A DNA stretch of 63,152 nt, counting the filler, from Platydemus manokwari (lineage: Eukaryota), in assembly GCA_037951405.1 (NCBI GenBank). It is 6 parts of 6 records of this genome, joined end to end, with 100 filler letters (N's around TTAATTAATTAA, not from the genome) between each part and the next. Parts side by side here need not be neighbours in the genome. Positions count along the whole stretch, not along the records: positions 32,336 to 42,067 come from JBBMOY011212545.1; positions 42,168 to 53,020 come from JBBMOY011100887.1; 4 more parts are not named here. One strand, 5' to 3'. Positions 38,600-51,583 of this stretch are shown piece after piece. The notes under the pieces were generated by a model that was not told the origin of the DNA, searched no databases, and saw only the letters and a list, made by a program, of their open reading frames with translations. How positions within the stretch are numbered: the stretch's first letter is position 1; the number at the start of each line of letters is the position of its first letter. The position numbers and the translations under genes were made by a program.

Positions 38600-39430
38600 G
38601 ATAACAATGTTTTGTTCACGCTATATTAAATTACATTTTTACAATGCTGCGAAATTCTCATCTCCTGCTATTTATCAAACTTGGCATTAAATGATCAAAG
38701 TATAAATTTAAGAAACTGTGAACTTTCCGCTTTAAGCTAGAAAAATTTAAATTTTGCAGAAAAAAGTCACAATGATATTTATAATGAAAATATAGCATTA
38801 TTATTATCGTAATATGATAATGTTTTCACTTTGTTAAACCAATAAACCCATTACTGTACCTGTCAGCTGCTACTTTTGTAATAAGCAGTGTAGCATCTTT
38901 AAAGTGCATTTTTATTAAAAGTATAAATAATTAACATATTAAAACAATTCATTTAAATTTATCTCCAATCTTTCATTTTATTAAATAAATAGATTTACAG
39001 AATGTCAAAATTCATTTGATCTAAAGACGAATGTTTTAATTTGAATTGTGAAATACGTTACAATTTTTGGAAATAGTTTTTGAAATTTAAATTTCTATCT
39101 GATTCGGTCAAAACCGCGATCAAAATTATTATGAATGTCAATTGCTCGATCAACGAAATATAATGTATTAATATTAAAAATCGATAAATGGCCATGATAA
39201 CTTAGAAGATTGAAAAGACATTTGATCCCTGATCTTTGGGAAACCAACCTGAGATTCCATATCGCAGTGAACTACAGAGACAATAAAACATAATTATCTC
39301 TTTCAAATATGAGGCTTTATTGGTGTCTGAAAGTCTTATTTTAAAATGATCAAGGTAGCACCTAGTGAATATAGCATGAACTGTTAACCAGATAACTACG
39401 TCTAAAAATAGCGTAATCACATTTTCCATT
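38600..39430 (-). mobile_element. piggyBac transposase N-terminal/middle relic
   Basis: LFLDVVI...DTNKASYLKE...GSNVFSIF*VIMAIYRFLILIHYI resembles the piggyBac pattern LF...TN...EL...G..IF...MS..RF..L. A GGGTCAAATCACCC palindrome typical of piggyBac subtermini lies upstream at ~39865. Confidence 0.4.
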
Positions 39431-41030
39431 TAAAGAACACTGGAATTACAAATTCAATCTCAACCATCGAGTTTACCCTAAATTGCCACTAGCAACTCGC
39501 AATTACTCAAGTCTTTAGAACATATTACAAGAATTATAAATTTCAAAATCCGAGATTATGCCGAAAAACATTTTAAAATGTTACATTCGTGTCTCATGTC
39601 TCAAATCAATTAGTGTTTTTTTTAAAAATAAATTCCAAGCTCTTTAGAACTTGGTTATAATGAGATTAAGGATTAGATAAAGGTTTTTTTAAATAAAATT
39701 AATTTTAGAAATGTTTTCTTTGAAAAATCAATAACTTAACGAATTCCTTCGCATAACGTGTTCTTTCAAACTATTCCGTTTAAGAAAAATTTAATTCTGG
39801 TGTTTCATGTGAAGATTTTAAAATATTAAAGAAGTTATGATAAGGGTTATGTAAATTTAAAAGTGGGTCAAATCACCCTTTTGTCCGGGTATAAAAATAT
39901 TGTATTTATCAATGTTATAACGAAACAATTCTTAAACAGAATCTGTTTGATGTTTTAATATAATGGATAACCGAAATTAGATCAGAATTATGTGAAGAGA
40001 AAGAGCCACATTAGGCTCCGAGTGGTACGTTCTCGAACATATTTAAAAGTAAATATATATTGACATGTACTAGGAAATGTTAAAAAGATCAAAAATTTTA
40101 GGTTTGATATTAGTAAGATATTGACTCATATTTATTCGATGAAAAAGAAACATTGTAAATTTTTTGTTTAAATCTAACAAATAAATAGGTGTTTTAGCTT
40201 GATGGAATTCAGTATTATATAACTGGTTTACTAGATTATTCAACACAGCTCGACGATTGATATTTTTAATTTGATATTTTAAGTCGAATTTCATAAAGTA
40301 AGATATTTTATAATAAAAGAATTAAAAGTAATTTATAATTAATTTCTTCATGAAAAAAATGTTTCCTTTAATAAAAAAATATTTTTTCAAAAATCCAAAT
40401 GCCCATATAACTACTTATAATACTCAGAACTAATCCTCTTCCATCATCGCAAACAATTTCCAAAATATGTTTTTAATTAAATATAAAATTTAATATTTTA
40501 ATAATATTATAAAAATGAATTAATTAAAACAAAAAAAGAATATTTAATTAAAAATATAATAATTATAAATATTGTATAAAATAATTAAAAAGAATAAAAT
40601 TAATGTCACTAATAAAATAAATCTCAAATATCCAGCTACTCGATAGACGAGGAGAAATAATCATCAAGCACAAAACAGATGTTTGAATGTGAAAGCTTGT
40701 GGTTTATATGCTCGAAATGAACTTAATCAATTCCCCGTACACAATAAACAATGCTTAAACTAAATAAAAAGTGGAGAATATAACTCAAGCAATAATAATA
40801 CATATAGATATTGATTTAAACAATGATTGGATGAAATAATTTACTAATAGAAGGCACTGTCTCTGTAAATTAATAGGAAATTGTAAAGTAGTAACTAAAG
40901 GATAATTATAGAAACATCAAGTCGATTTATAAATACAGCATTAATCACACCTATGAACTTAAATTGCAGAAAACAGTACGTGAAGAACACCCATTTCAAA
41001 AAAGAAGAAAAATAAATGATAATTTCTAAA

Positions 41031-41565
41031 TGTACAATTATTACCGCAGTCGTGTGCTATTGTCACCCTAGTGTAGTTGTATGTCTTTTATTGTATCGTT
41101 AGTTCCAGTAATTATGTTAAGAAGTAATGCGTCTTGTTCTGTTAATTCAGATTTGTAATAGAACAAAGTACAGCTTCTTAATTAACGTGATCATTTGTAC
41201 TAATAAGAACATTCTTATCAGAGTTTGTCAATTTTATGGACAATCCTGCTTAGAAGCGCACTCAAACACAGAAATAATGTGAGAATCGAAGTTGTATAAG
41301 GTCCAATAATAGCAATAAATTCAATGATAACAAAGTATGATCATGACCATAATCTTTGTGAGCATGTACTCGTGTGAAAACAAGATGTAATTACATAGGA
41401 TAGCGTCTAGATACGTATTAAATGTGTGTCTAATCTTGTGAAATAAAGTACATCGAACTCATGTATTCGGAGTCCTATAAAGACGGGTAAGAAAGAATAA
41501 AAAAACCAGTCTTCCGCAAACCAAAATTGCAAAGCTGATAACAGAAATAAGGAAAACAATCTACA
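41031..41565 (+). mobile_element. Solo LTR (535 bp)
   Basis: TGTA...TACA termini with a 4-bp flanking duplication taaa/taaa; internal TATAAA (~41476) followed by AATAAA (~41496). Confidence 0.55.
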
Positions 41566-42067
41566 TAAAATTAGCCAAAATTATAATTTATGAAACTGGG
41601 AATTCTAATAACGTGAAAATCATTACCAATCACCCATAAAATATTAATGAAGAATTTAATAATAAAATTTTAAAGAAAGTTTCTGCTTTCATTTCATGCT
41701 GGCATTGAAAATTGAGTTATAAATTTTTAATTGGTTTTCAAATTTTTACTGGAAAAATATAAAACCAGCTTTTTTGCTTTTCTTGAAAATAAGAAAATAA
41801 AAAAACTATTTAATTAAAGAATGAACTAGAAAGTATTTAATGGATTCATTATAATATTATATTTACTGAAAATGATGATAATGATCAGAGATTCGAAAGT
41901 CGAAAGAACTCATAGTTCGAAAGAGTTGAAGGCGATTATTTTTCGTTTTATTAATTATGAATTATCGTCACCTTCTATTATGTTTTCAGTTAAAGTTAAC
42001 AAACGGAGTCCTAAAATGAAATTTTAAATTTGTTAAGTGTATTGCGAGTATCCATATAGTTTATTTA

Positions 42068-42167
42068 NNNNNNNNNNNNNNNNNNNNNNNNNNNNNNNNN
42101 NNNNNNNNNNNTTAATTAATTAANNNNNNNNNNNNNNNNNNNNNNNNNNNNNNNNNNNNNNNNNNNN
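42068..42167. other. Artificial contig linker
   Basis: 44 N + TTAATTAATTAA + 44 N. Confidence 0.98.
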
Positions 42168-42949
42168 AGTTACAATTATAAATTAGCTCAGATATGAAAG
42201 AAAATAACTTGTTCAACGCTAAAGCCCATTATCAAAATTTAAAGAAACAACCCACTTACGAGTTATTGACAATAGAAGAAAGAAAGAATGAATGAAAGAG
42301 AATTTCTCCCACACTAACCCCAGAGTTAGTAATCATTAATTTTTATTCTCCAATTTCCAATTTATAATTTAGAGAAAAATTCATCTGATGGTTTAATTTT
42401 TAATGAGAAATTATTGAGAACTATTTTTTTTTAATTATATGCAGACTGTTTTTAATAAGAGAAATTTTCTTTTTCTTTTCTCCTTATCTCGATTTCTTTC
42501 CACTGTAATAAATTCTATATGATAAAATATAATTACTTTCCCCCTTATTTTCATTGAGATCGTTTGTAAGTAGTCTGGTTGAGATAGTTATTTATTGGAA
42601 TGGATGTAGTTCTATCCATTTCGTCGAATAATTGTGTGGAGATAAACTGTTGAAATGAAAAAACTGATAAAATCTCTCGATGATTGTTGTCATACAATAA
42701 TAAATTATTGTTGTACTTGTTTTACGAAGGAGTCATTTGTTAGTTTTATTTGAGGTTGACTATAATCTTTTGGCTTTTTTCAGATAGAGTTTGTATTCCA
42801 TTCAATTTAATTATGTCATCCAATCATTACCTCAATAATAATAAAATTTAAAGCAGAGAATTGTGAATTACAGCACAATTAAATATTATTACTTTCATTA
42901 TGATATAAGAGATGGATATGCTTGACAAAAAAATAAAAATGCAAGCTCA

Positions 42950-43170
42950 CCACGTTGTCACAGCCAGATGGTAAATGATGAGAAAGTTGAATGAGGTGAT
43001 CTTTCATTCGAATCCATCAGTACAGCGATTTTCAATCAAAGTTCCCCGTTACTACACCATGGGGTCTTCGAACCCCTTGTGCTCCAAATAATAAACCAAC
43101 CACTTCAACTTCAAGATTTTGTCTGCCTGAGATGACATCATTTACGCTTTTCACCAAAAATAACATTTTC
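42950..43170 (-). mobile_element. Possible C-terminal RLE-endonuclease fragment of a non-LTR element
   Basis: EKRK*.../RQNLEVEVVGLLFGAQG resembles the K..KY...VxVxGLxxGARG end of RLE-type retrotransposon ORFs. Confidence 0.35.
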
Positions 43171-43911
43171 GTTTGCTTTCCTGAATTTTATATTTTTTAA
43201 CTTATTTAAGAATACCATTCACATGTAATATTTAGAATAAGATTAGCGGCATAAAATTCCACAACGAATTGGTATTGCGTTCCATGTCAACAAAAAAGTT
43301 GATAAGCATTACATCAGCGACTCATTTATGAAATGGATGATTTTAATAATAACGGAAACAGATATTATAAACATGGATAATAATATTAATTTAAAATATT
43401 GTTAGAATACTTACTTAAAACTTTTATTTTTATAAATACTCGAATAATTGACAGTACCATCATTGTAAAAAAATTTGTTATGATGATAATCTATTTTACA
43501 TATTATTTTCGTCGTCAAAGATTGGCTACAAGTGATGTTATATATTTATTATTAAGTCGTCCATAAATCAGTAATGTCTAACAAAAAAAGAGTGAACTAT
43601 TTTAGAAAACATCAACGATTGTAAGCACGAATACTACATCAAATGTGTCATCAAAATCGTTAAAAACATCACAAATTCTGTCAGCAACATTTAAACAGTG
43701 AACCGCCAGAAATAACCCCATATAAATTCAAACGAATTATAGTTCCATCAACCATTAGCAAAATCCGTAGTTGACGATTGCATTCATTTTTGCGATACAC
43801 GAGGAACGGTTAGTTTTTGAGTCAATTTCAAGGAACAGAAAACTCATTGTTACATTATTCGGTCAGGCGGCATTCGATTAATTAATGCATATATATGCAA
43901 AAAAATTTTAC

Positions 43912-43975
43912 ATTACACGCACGCACACGCACACACATATATATATATATATATATTCATTAACGTACACACATG
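43912..43975. repeat. Compound (CA/CG)n(TA)n microsatellite
   Basis: acacgcacgcacacgcacacacatatatatatat. Confidence 0.9.
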
Positions 43976-44639
43976 CAGACGCGTATTTGATCCTTCAATG
44001 CCCATTGATTATCAATGAGTCATGAACTATTTAGACAAGTAATGTGATTAACAGATGCAGTTAACAACAAAAAAAACTGCTTCGTAAAAGTATTAAAAAT
44101 AAAATACAGCCATTAAAATTTGATATCATAAAATGTGTATTTCAATTTCGTCGTGGAATATGAAAGGGAAATTGAAATATGCTTCGTCGTATTAATTATT
44201 ATTAATAATGTTATTAATTAGAATTGCTATCGATTTTGTCGAGTAAACATTTTCTGTTGTCATTCAATTTTAATATTATAATTAACTGGAATTTTGAAGT
44301 TTTAGTTTATTTTTTTTAATATATTTGTGCAGACCATTTTTCCACAAATTTTTAGAATATCGTTTAAATGGTCAGAACATTTTCTTTTAATAATTATAAT
44401 TTTTCTTTTAGAAATTACTGCGTTTCCTTTGGATAAACAACACACTTTCAAATTTACAAATCTACTATACACTGAAGCATTTGTAGTTGTCTTTAGAATG
44501 ATAGCAAAGCTTTGATTTGGTTACATTGTGGAGATATTGTTATATTTTATTGTTGTTGGGTAGATAACAAATCAATCAAAATGGTCACAAGAACCAAGGA
44601 AAGAACCCTAAAAAGGGTCGATACACACATACCCGATAA

Positions 44640-44906
44640 ACACACAAACCGTTAACCAATCAGATTCCTTCTAATATTAATCCATATTTAGAAGCTAAGA
44701 ATCGACAGGCACGTGTCTACAAATGGCAGCAAGCTCAAATATTCGTCAATGGCACGACAGATACGAGGAAAATTCCAAGTAGATCGATCCACGAACAAAT
44801 TCATCAAATGGAAAACGAAGATTCGTTACATCAAACAGACATTCCTGTTAGGTGTATAAAAGAGGTTGAGTTTCATGAATATCTGCCAGTCTTTTTTGGA
44901 CGGTAA
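44640..44906 (+). CDS. Candidate terminal exon of an unknown gene (...NQIPSNINPYLEAKNRQARVYKWQQAQ...EFHEYLPVFFGR*)
   Basis: Stop-free frame of ~88 codons in AT-rich DNA, possible CAG acceptor at ~44663, followed by T-rich UTR-like sequence; no homology recognised. Confidence 0.3.
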   Translation, partial: THKPLTNQIPSNINPYLEAKNRQARVYKWQQAQIFVNGTTDTRKIPSRSIHEQIHQMENEDSLHQTDIPVRCIKEVEFHEYLPVFFGR

Positions 44907-47900
44907 CTTGAGTCTTAAGTTTATCTTTGTGTGATTTTTAGTAATCGGCTCTTTTGATTTCTTTGCATTCTGTTTTTGATTTTCGGGCACTGACCTCGTC
45001 TCGAGTGATTTACTGTTGTGAATTGTGAAAGGGTTTATTGTATTTATTGAGATTTTGATATATGTTATATAAGACTTGATTTTGATGGAAATCTAAATAT
45101 AAATGTACGATTTGAAAAAAATTTTTTAATAAAGAATAAAATTGATTTTAAATTTAATCTGATTGATGTTGAAATTATGATGGGTATTTGAAATTATAAA
45201 TGAATATGAATAAATAATTCAATTCCTTCTTAAAATACGATAGATTATCAAAGAAAAATTACAATGGAAAATAATATTATTATGATAAACAATGATAAGC
45301 ACATATGAAATGTCCGAATATAATAAACAAATAATCTAGATTTTATCAATTAACTATATTAATTGTATTTAGATGGATTCTAATATTGGCTAGAATAATG
45401 TTGTTTTAATGGGGTGTAAAGTCCCTTGTGAAAATAATCTTAAGAACTCTGACAACGCTTTATGGTTAGAAATTGGCTGGATTTAAAGATTTCCTTTCCT
45501 CGGGTTGTTTATGAAAGTTGATGAAAGTCACTTTTTAGTTAATTATTTAATTAGAATCTTTAGTTGGTTGTAAAACAAGGTTAAAGAATTTGATGATAAA
45601 ATGCAGGCCTATCTAATTAGCTTCATGGAAGATCGTAATCGTTTCGAAGTATATAATTATGTTTATGAACACTTCTGACTTATAAGTAATTTATTGACTT
45701 GCTAGTAAAATTGTTGCATGTCAAGTCTTTTTTTAATGAGTGGGTGTTTTACATTGATTTGTTTTTCTTGTTCTTACTGATTTTCGAATCTTTGTTTCGT
45801 ATTTTTTCTAATTTAGTCATTTTTAAATTCTATTTTTAGGTTTAATAATTGTTATTTTCCATTTTTAGTGATTTGAACTATTTATAGATTTTATTTAATC
45901 CAATTTTAGATTGGACGTTTTGATCTATTTTTAGATTATCGGAGAATTTGTGTATGAGTCATGTAATAAGCTTTGTATTGTTATTATTAAGGTGGGGTTT
46001 AGCACCCAGCATTTTCATCAAAATCATATTCGTCAAATAATATTTCAACTATAAAATAACAGATTAGAAATGTGGAAAATAAAATGTTCAGTTGGTTTTC
46101 TTGATATTTATTCCATCAGATTATTTGATATCCGCTAAAATAAAAAAATCAAAGCATGAGCTAATTACAAATTAAAATACCACAATCGATTATCAATGGG
46201 ATAAACCGGAAAATTTATTTCGTTAAAATTTAAACTTGAAATAAATTTAATATTTTCATTACAAATTTATTAGAGCGATTCATTAATAAAATACTAGCTC
46301 ACACTAAAAACAAATGTAACAATATCTATCGTATTATTATTGTTAAGGCTAGAATTGACACTGTGTTGCAAAGTATTTATAAAAAAAATATTATAAGTTT
46401 TCCTCTTTAACCTTAATAATGTTATTCTTATTACTCCATAAAATTTTAATAGCTCAATTAATATGTATATAATCTTCATGTCACAAACACGGGATTCCGA
46501 TTTATCTCAGTGTTTTTATTCGAATAAGTCTTTGATGGATAATTTGGTTTGTCATTAATATTTTTATCCCCTAAATTTAGATACTCCATAAATTAATCCT
46601 CTGTGAGACAGAATCGTATTTTCGTTTTAGTTTCCCTTTAAATTCGATTCATTTCTCTTCTCAGACTTAGACATGACAAATTTAATTTTTTCAAAACCAA
46701 AGCAAAAAAAATTGCGATTGTTTGTGGGGAATTGTTTCATAGATATTTCATTTCGAATCTTTGACTTTCACTAATGTGTGGAAGAGAGATTAGAAGCAGG
46801 TGTTGATGTTTGAATGGATTTTTAATCTTTAATATATAATAAGTTAAATATGCAGGATTGCAATTAAAGACAAAATTATAAATGTTTTTAATATTCGATG
46901 GGGCTGAATATCTCCAAAAACTCAGTAAGGAGTGTTTGTCTATATTAAGTCTCCCGAAATTATCTAGGATCAAAGTTTGGTGAAAATTAATTTAGGTGTT
47001 AGATAAATGACTGTATATGGAGAATAAAGCCTTTTAACTTTAAGATTAAAGGTATTAAAATGTTGCACAAACAAATTGGTTGTGTTATTCACTAACAAAC
47101 AATAACAATTTAAAGGTTAAAGGAAAAAACATCGAATGGATCAGTATAATTTGATCCCGTTAAATAGAATGATTAAAAGTTTGATATCCAATGAGTTTAT
47201 ATTTATGAAATTATCTCAAAATATGGCGAAGAAAATCCATTATAAGATTAAAGAAAGAAACATTTAAATGAAGTAATATCTGTAATAACACAACCATTTT
47301 TGGGCCATTACAAAATGATGCCTGATATACAGGAAAACATTTTTGAAAGTTTTCGATAAATGTTTTCCCTTGTGTGTGTATGCGAATTATCGACTAAATT
47401 TGAAAATGAATGAAGTTTGATTATTTACGACAATTCTATATAACAGTGTAAAATATTTTTATCATTCATTTGGACTCAGTTGATTATTTCAATTATTAAA
47501 TTTTGAATTTGTATTAATATTTTTTACAAAACTAAAATAGGAAAATATTTCCGCACAACTAAATATTCAATAAATTCCGAAATCAAGAAAATGTTTATTA
47601 TAATTTTTCCTAAAATCGAAAACTTTATCAATGATGACATTCTAATTATTAATTATGAGTTCGTTAATCCTAATTATCAACTAAAAATTGAAATCAATCA
47701 ATAACAATAAATAGTTGATATTGATGTAATTTTAACTTCCTTTATTATTAGTGTTAATTTAAAATGGTACAAAGTGTTTTGTAATATAAATCATTTTGTT
47801 ATTCAGGTTGATTATTGAAATTGATTTTAACGTCAATGATTCTATTTCGTTACTTATATTTGAATTAACAATCACAAAACAGTATTATTTTTATCTCAAA

Positions 47901-49215
47901 AATTACACAGACGATTTTGTCCAAATATCAATGCGAAAGAGATAACTGGTTTTATCGGCAATAATTTTACCAGTTATTCTTTATTTTATTAATTCAATTA
48001 ATAGTAAATAAATTTTAAAAAACTTAACTAGAATTATTTGAAATGACTGTCATCAAGGAAAATTTCATTCCTTCTTTTTGCCAGTAACGGCAATATACGC
48101 TGGTTTTTATATGATCACTGCTTAATCAAATTTTTTTATGAGATTCAGCTGAACTGGATACCAAATTAATACTTCTAGTCCAACTATAGATTTGCTTCAA
48201 AAATAAAATAATTTTTCTTTTAATTGTAATTAATAATATATAAACGACTAATTTTTTTTCCAAAAGACAAAATTTTATTTTTTCATATCTAAGAGTAAAA
48301 ATTGTCAAAAAATCTTCTCGAATGGTTATGTACCGTGATTTTAATCAAAGTTGCTTATTAAAAATCTGACTTCAGTAATCAAATAATTTGGTGGATTGAG
48401 TTTTCAAACATTTTATGATATTGTTTAGATATCTTTGAACCAGATGATAAAGATCTAGTGATGCTTAATCCATTGTTTCTGATAAACCTCAAAAATCCTA
48501 AGTTAGTGGTAGAAATCTCATTGTTTTAAAAGTATGACTTTATAATCCCTCAAGATATTTATTTCATATATAATAGATAATATTAAGTATTACATAAAAA
48601 TGTTACTTTCTTTTGTGGTTGCATAAATAAATTTTTATATGGGTATTGTACAATTTTATTACTCATCATTTTTTTTACCTTTGAAATAGCAGCATCCTTG
48701 TTTTTTCATTAAGAAACGCACACACACACATAAAACTATTTCAACAGTTTTCATACAAAAATCCGATGGCGAACATAAGAAGACTTGACAGTTAATTTTT
48801 TGGAAACTTCTAAAATTAGTCAAGGTTGGGAAACTGCGTGTTAACATAAATTTCCATAATTATTGTACAACTCATTTTAAAAATAGCTTCAGATAACTTT
48901 GAAATTTTTGAAAATCTATTGTAAAATTAGATTTATGAAACACGTTTTAATGCTATTGATAAATTATTATGGAAAAGCCATGCGCTTCATGATTATATAA
49001 CTTAAACTAATTTAAGCATTATGTTTAGAAATCACGTGTAAATAGTAAGAATATTTATTAATATTACTATTATTTTGTATTAATTATTATATACGGTTGA
49101 AATGCGTACTTTTTAAATCTAATCAGTTATGTTTCTGTGTTTAATTTCTTTTTCAAGATGTCTTATGCAATTTGACGATTGGTTTTGAATTTAAAGTTTT
49201 TTCAATGTTAACTAG

Positions 49216-49471
49216 GAAGGTGAAGAATATGCTAAAGAACAAGGTTTAATGTTTTTGGAAATATCTGTAAAAGATTCTATCAATGTTAATGAAGTATTTA
49301 TTGAATTAGGTTATATAATTATAACACATTAATTATTATATTATTTGATTTTTGACAGCAAAGAAATTACCACCTAGCTTTGAAATAGAAAATTTCGAAG
49401 ATAACCCGCAAGGAATTTCTCTTCATGAACAAAAAGAAACTGGTACATCGGCAAGAACCTGCTTTTGTTAA
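49216..49471 (+). CDS. Rab5-group small GTPase, last two exons (49216-49309, 49359-49471), 5'-partial
   Basis: EGEEYAKEQGLMFLEISVKDSINVNEVFIELA|KKLPP...TSARTCFC* across a 49-bp GT-AG intron. Matches the Rab5 pattern EAQAYA...LLFMETSAK..MNVNEIF..IAKKLP and ends in a CxC geranylgeranylation motif. Confidence 0.85.
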
Positions 49472-50909
49472 AAATTTTATTGTATAAACAAACGATTCGT
49501 TATTTTATTAATTTGAATTTTTATTAATTCTAACATTCTATTTTATAAGATTTTCATTTTTAATTATATACTTGGTGTTTTTTTTATTTGTTTTTATCAA
49601 AATGATTATCTTTTTAAATATTTACTGTAAAATTATCTGAAATTTTATTTAGCTGTTTGATGAAATTCAGTTTCATAAATTCAAATATCGTCAAGTGATT
49701 TATGTGGATAAATAAAACTTGCTTCTATTATTTACATATAAGAAATAATTTAAATTTTGTATTTCCAATTTTTTAAAAGTTGGTATTGTCATATGTTTTT
49801 GCAATTGATGTTTGACAGGTTCGTTGTTTTTGGTGATGAGTAATAGTTGTAATGATTAGTAAATTTAATTTATTTTTAATATAGTATGATGAATTGGATG
49901 GTGAAGTAATATATTTATGGGATAAAGTTAAGGAAAAGGATCTTAAAATAAAATTTTTAATTTGTTGAGTGTATTGCAAAAATCTATAGTTTATTTAATT
50001 AAATTCTTTAAAAACATTTTGTATTTATAATTTAAGTACTTAAGAAGAAATTTAGTTGTTTGAAATCAAATATTAAATACACTGGAGCTTCAATGATTCC
50101 TAAAATTTGACTATTTGAAAAGAGGTCAAATAAGTCGTATTGCAATTAATTGAAAATTCTCGAGAACCCTCCTTTTGTAATATTAGAAACAAATTAAGAG
50201 ATATTCTCAATTTTTACAATTATTTTATAAAAATAAGCAATGATATTACTAAACATGTCTGTAGTTAACTAAATCGATTTTTAATTAAAGAAATTTAAAA
50301 AACTCAAACAATCATATAGAAGTGTTGTTATTAGAATCGAAACTTAGTTTTAAAATTTTTTTTATATTAGACATCTTATCTTATTTGACATCCCAAAAAA
50401 ATGAGACATTGACTAAATAATATGAATAAATCAAGCATGACAATTGCATATAAAATTAAGTTATAAACTTCGCTCATACGGGAAAATTCGACAGTACGAA
50501 ATTTAGTCAAAAGAACTCCTTTCTTAACTTAAGCCAAACTTATTATCAATTCGATGTTAAATTTGATTTAAAAGTAATTATTTTAAAGTGTTTTTAAGAG
50601 TATGATCCTTTAAAATGACATTTTTTACTCTTATTTCTTAAAAATTGGTCTGTGATTATCTAAGATATTTGGATTAACGTCTTTAGAAGTTATTTTACAA
50701 TTATGTTTAGAATCCGTTTTCAAACGGTTTATTTTTACAATAAATATAGCATTAATTATTTACTGCTAAATTTGGATATTGCAACGTTACTTTCAAATAT
50801 GCTCCTATTTTTGAATTTTTAATTATAAAATTTTATTAAAAAATAAAAATTTGATTTTATTAAAAACTTTGGCAGTGTTTAAATATTACAATTGATACAA
50901 AATTTTGAA

Positions 50910-51429
50910 ATGACTGAATTTACTAATCAGAATATTAATTGGTCTGATTTATTTCCTTATTTAGAATTAATTGATAAGGGTGAACCGCTGAAAATAAGTT
51001 GGACAGCTCCAACATGTATTAATAATTATAATAAATCTCAGATCCTTGACATTGCTATTAAAACAGAAAAAACTGAGGATAATAAAGTATTTTTGATATA
51101 CTTGTAAATTATTATATATATTGTAGATTCGGAAGGATTTTTCAGAGTTCGATTTTGAAGATGATTCAACAGCAAATTCAGGAATTAATTTAATGAGAAA
51201 AAACAAAACCGCTAAGCCTAAAATCAAACAATATAAAACTAACATGGATAAAATTCTTAAGGATTTAATGCGTAAAAAAATTGAAGAAAAAGATGAAGCA
51301 AATGCTTCACGCATTTCAACAAATTCTAATGACTCTAATTTGAATTCAGATTTAAACATCAATAATATGTATCTTAGTCATGATGAAGAAGAAATCTTAA
51401 ACGACACTCAGATATTAACAAATACCTAG
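50910..51429 (+). CDS. PAGR1: PAGR1/PA1-like protein (PAXIP1-associated glutamate-rich), 159 aa; exons 50910-51086 and 51127-51429
   Basis: A 40-bp phase-0 GT-AG intron joins two ORFs. Motifs YLELIDKGEPLKISW, SEFDFEDD and TNMDKILKDLMRKK correspond to the PA1 motifs LYELL...LEL, TEFDFDDE and ARLDKVLSDMKRHKK. Confidence 0.75.
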
Positions 51430-51583
51430 TGCAGCATTTAACATTTCATAAATTTTAATTAAATTTCGATATTTATTTTAAATTATATAAATTTTTAACA
51501 AGCTTTCACTTTAACCAGTTTCATAATTTTTATTATTCTTGTCTAAATTGATAATTTTCTGAATTTATTAACATGTGTTTCAT

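Noticed and set aside
47940-48120. Candidate upstream Rab exons (GFIGNN, FLYDH)
   Set aside because: No NKxD, DTAGQ or GxxxxGKS motifs and no compatible splice sites.
14701-51362. ORF-track entries such as 14701-15009(-), 20348-20563(-), 20736-20942(-), 29245-29490(-), 30430-30648(-) and 50967-51362(-)
   Set aside because: Antisense shadows of real exons or transposase remnants, with no motifs of their own.
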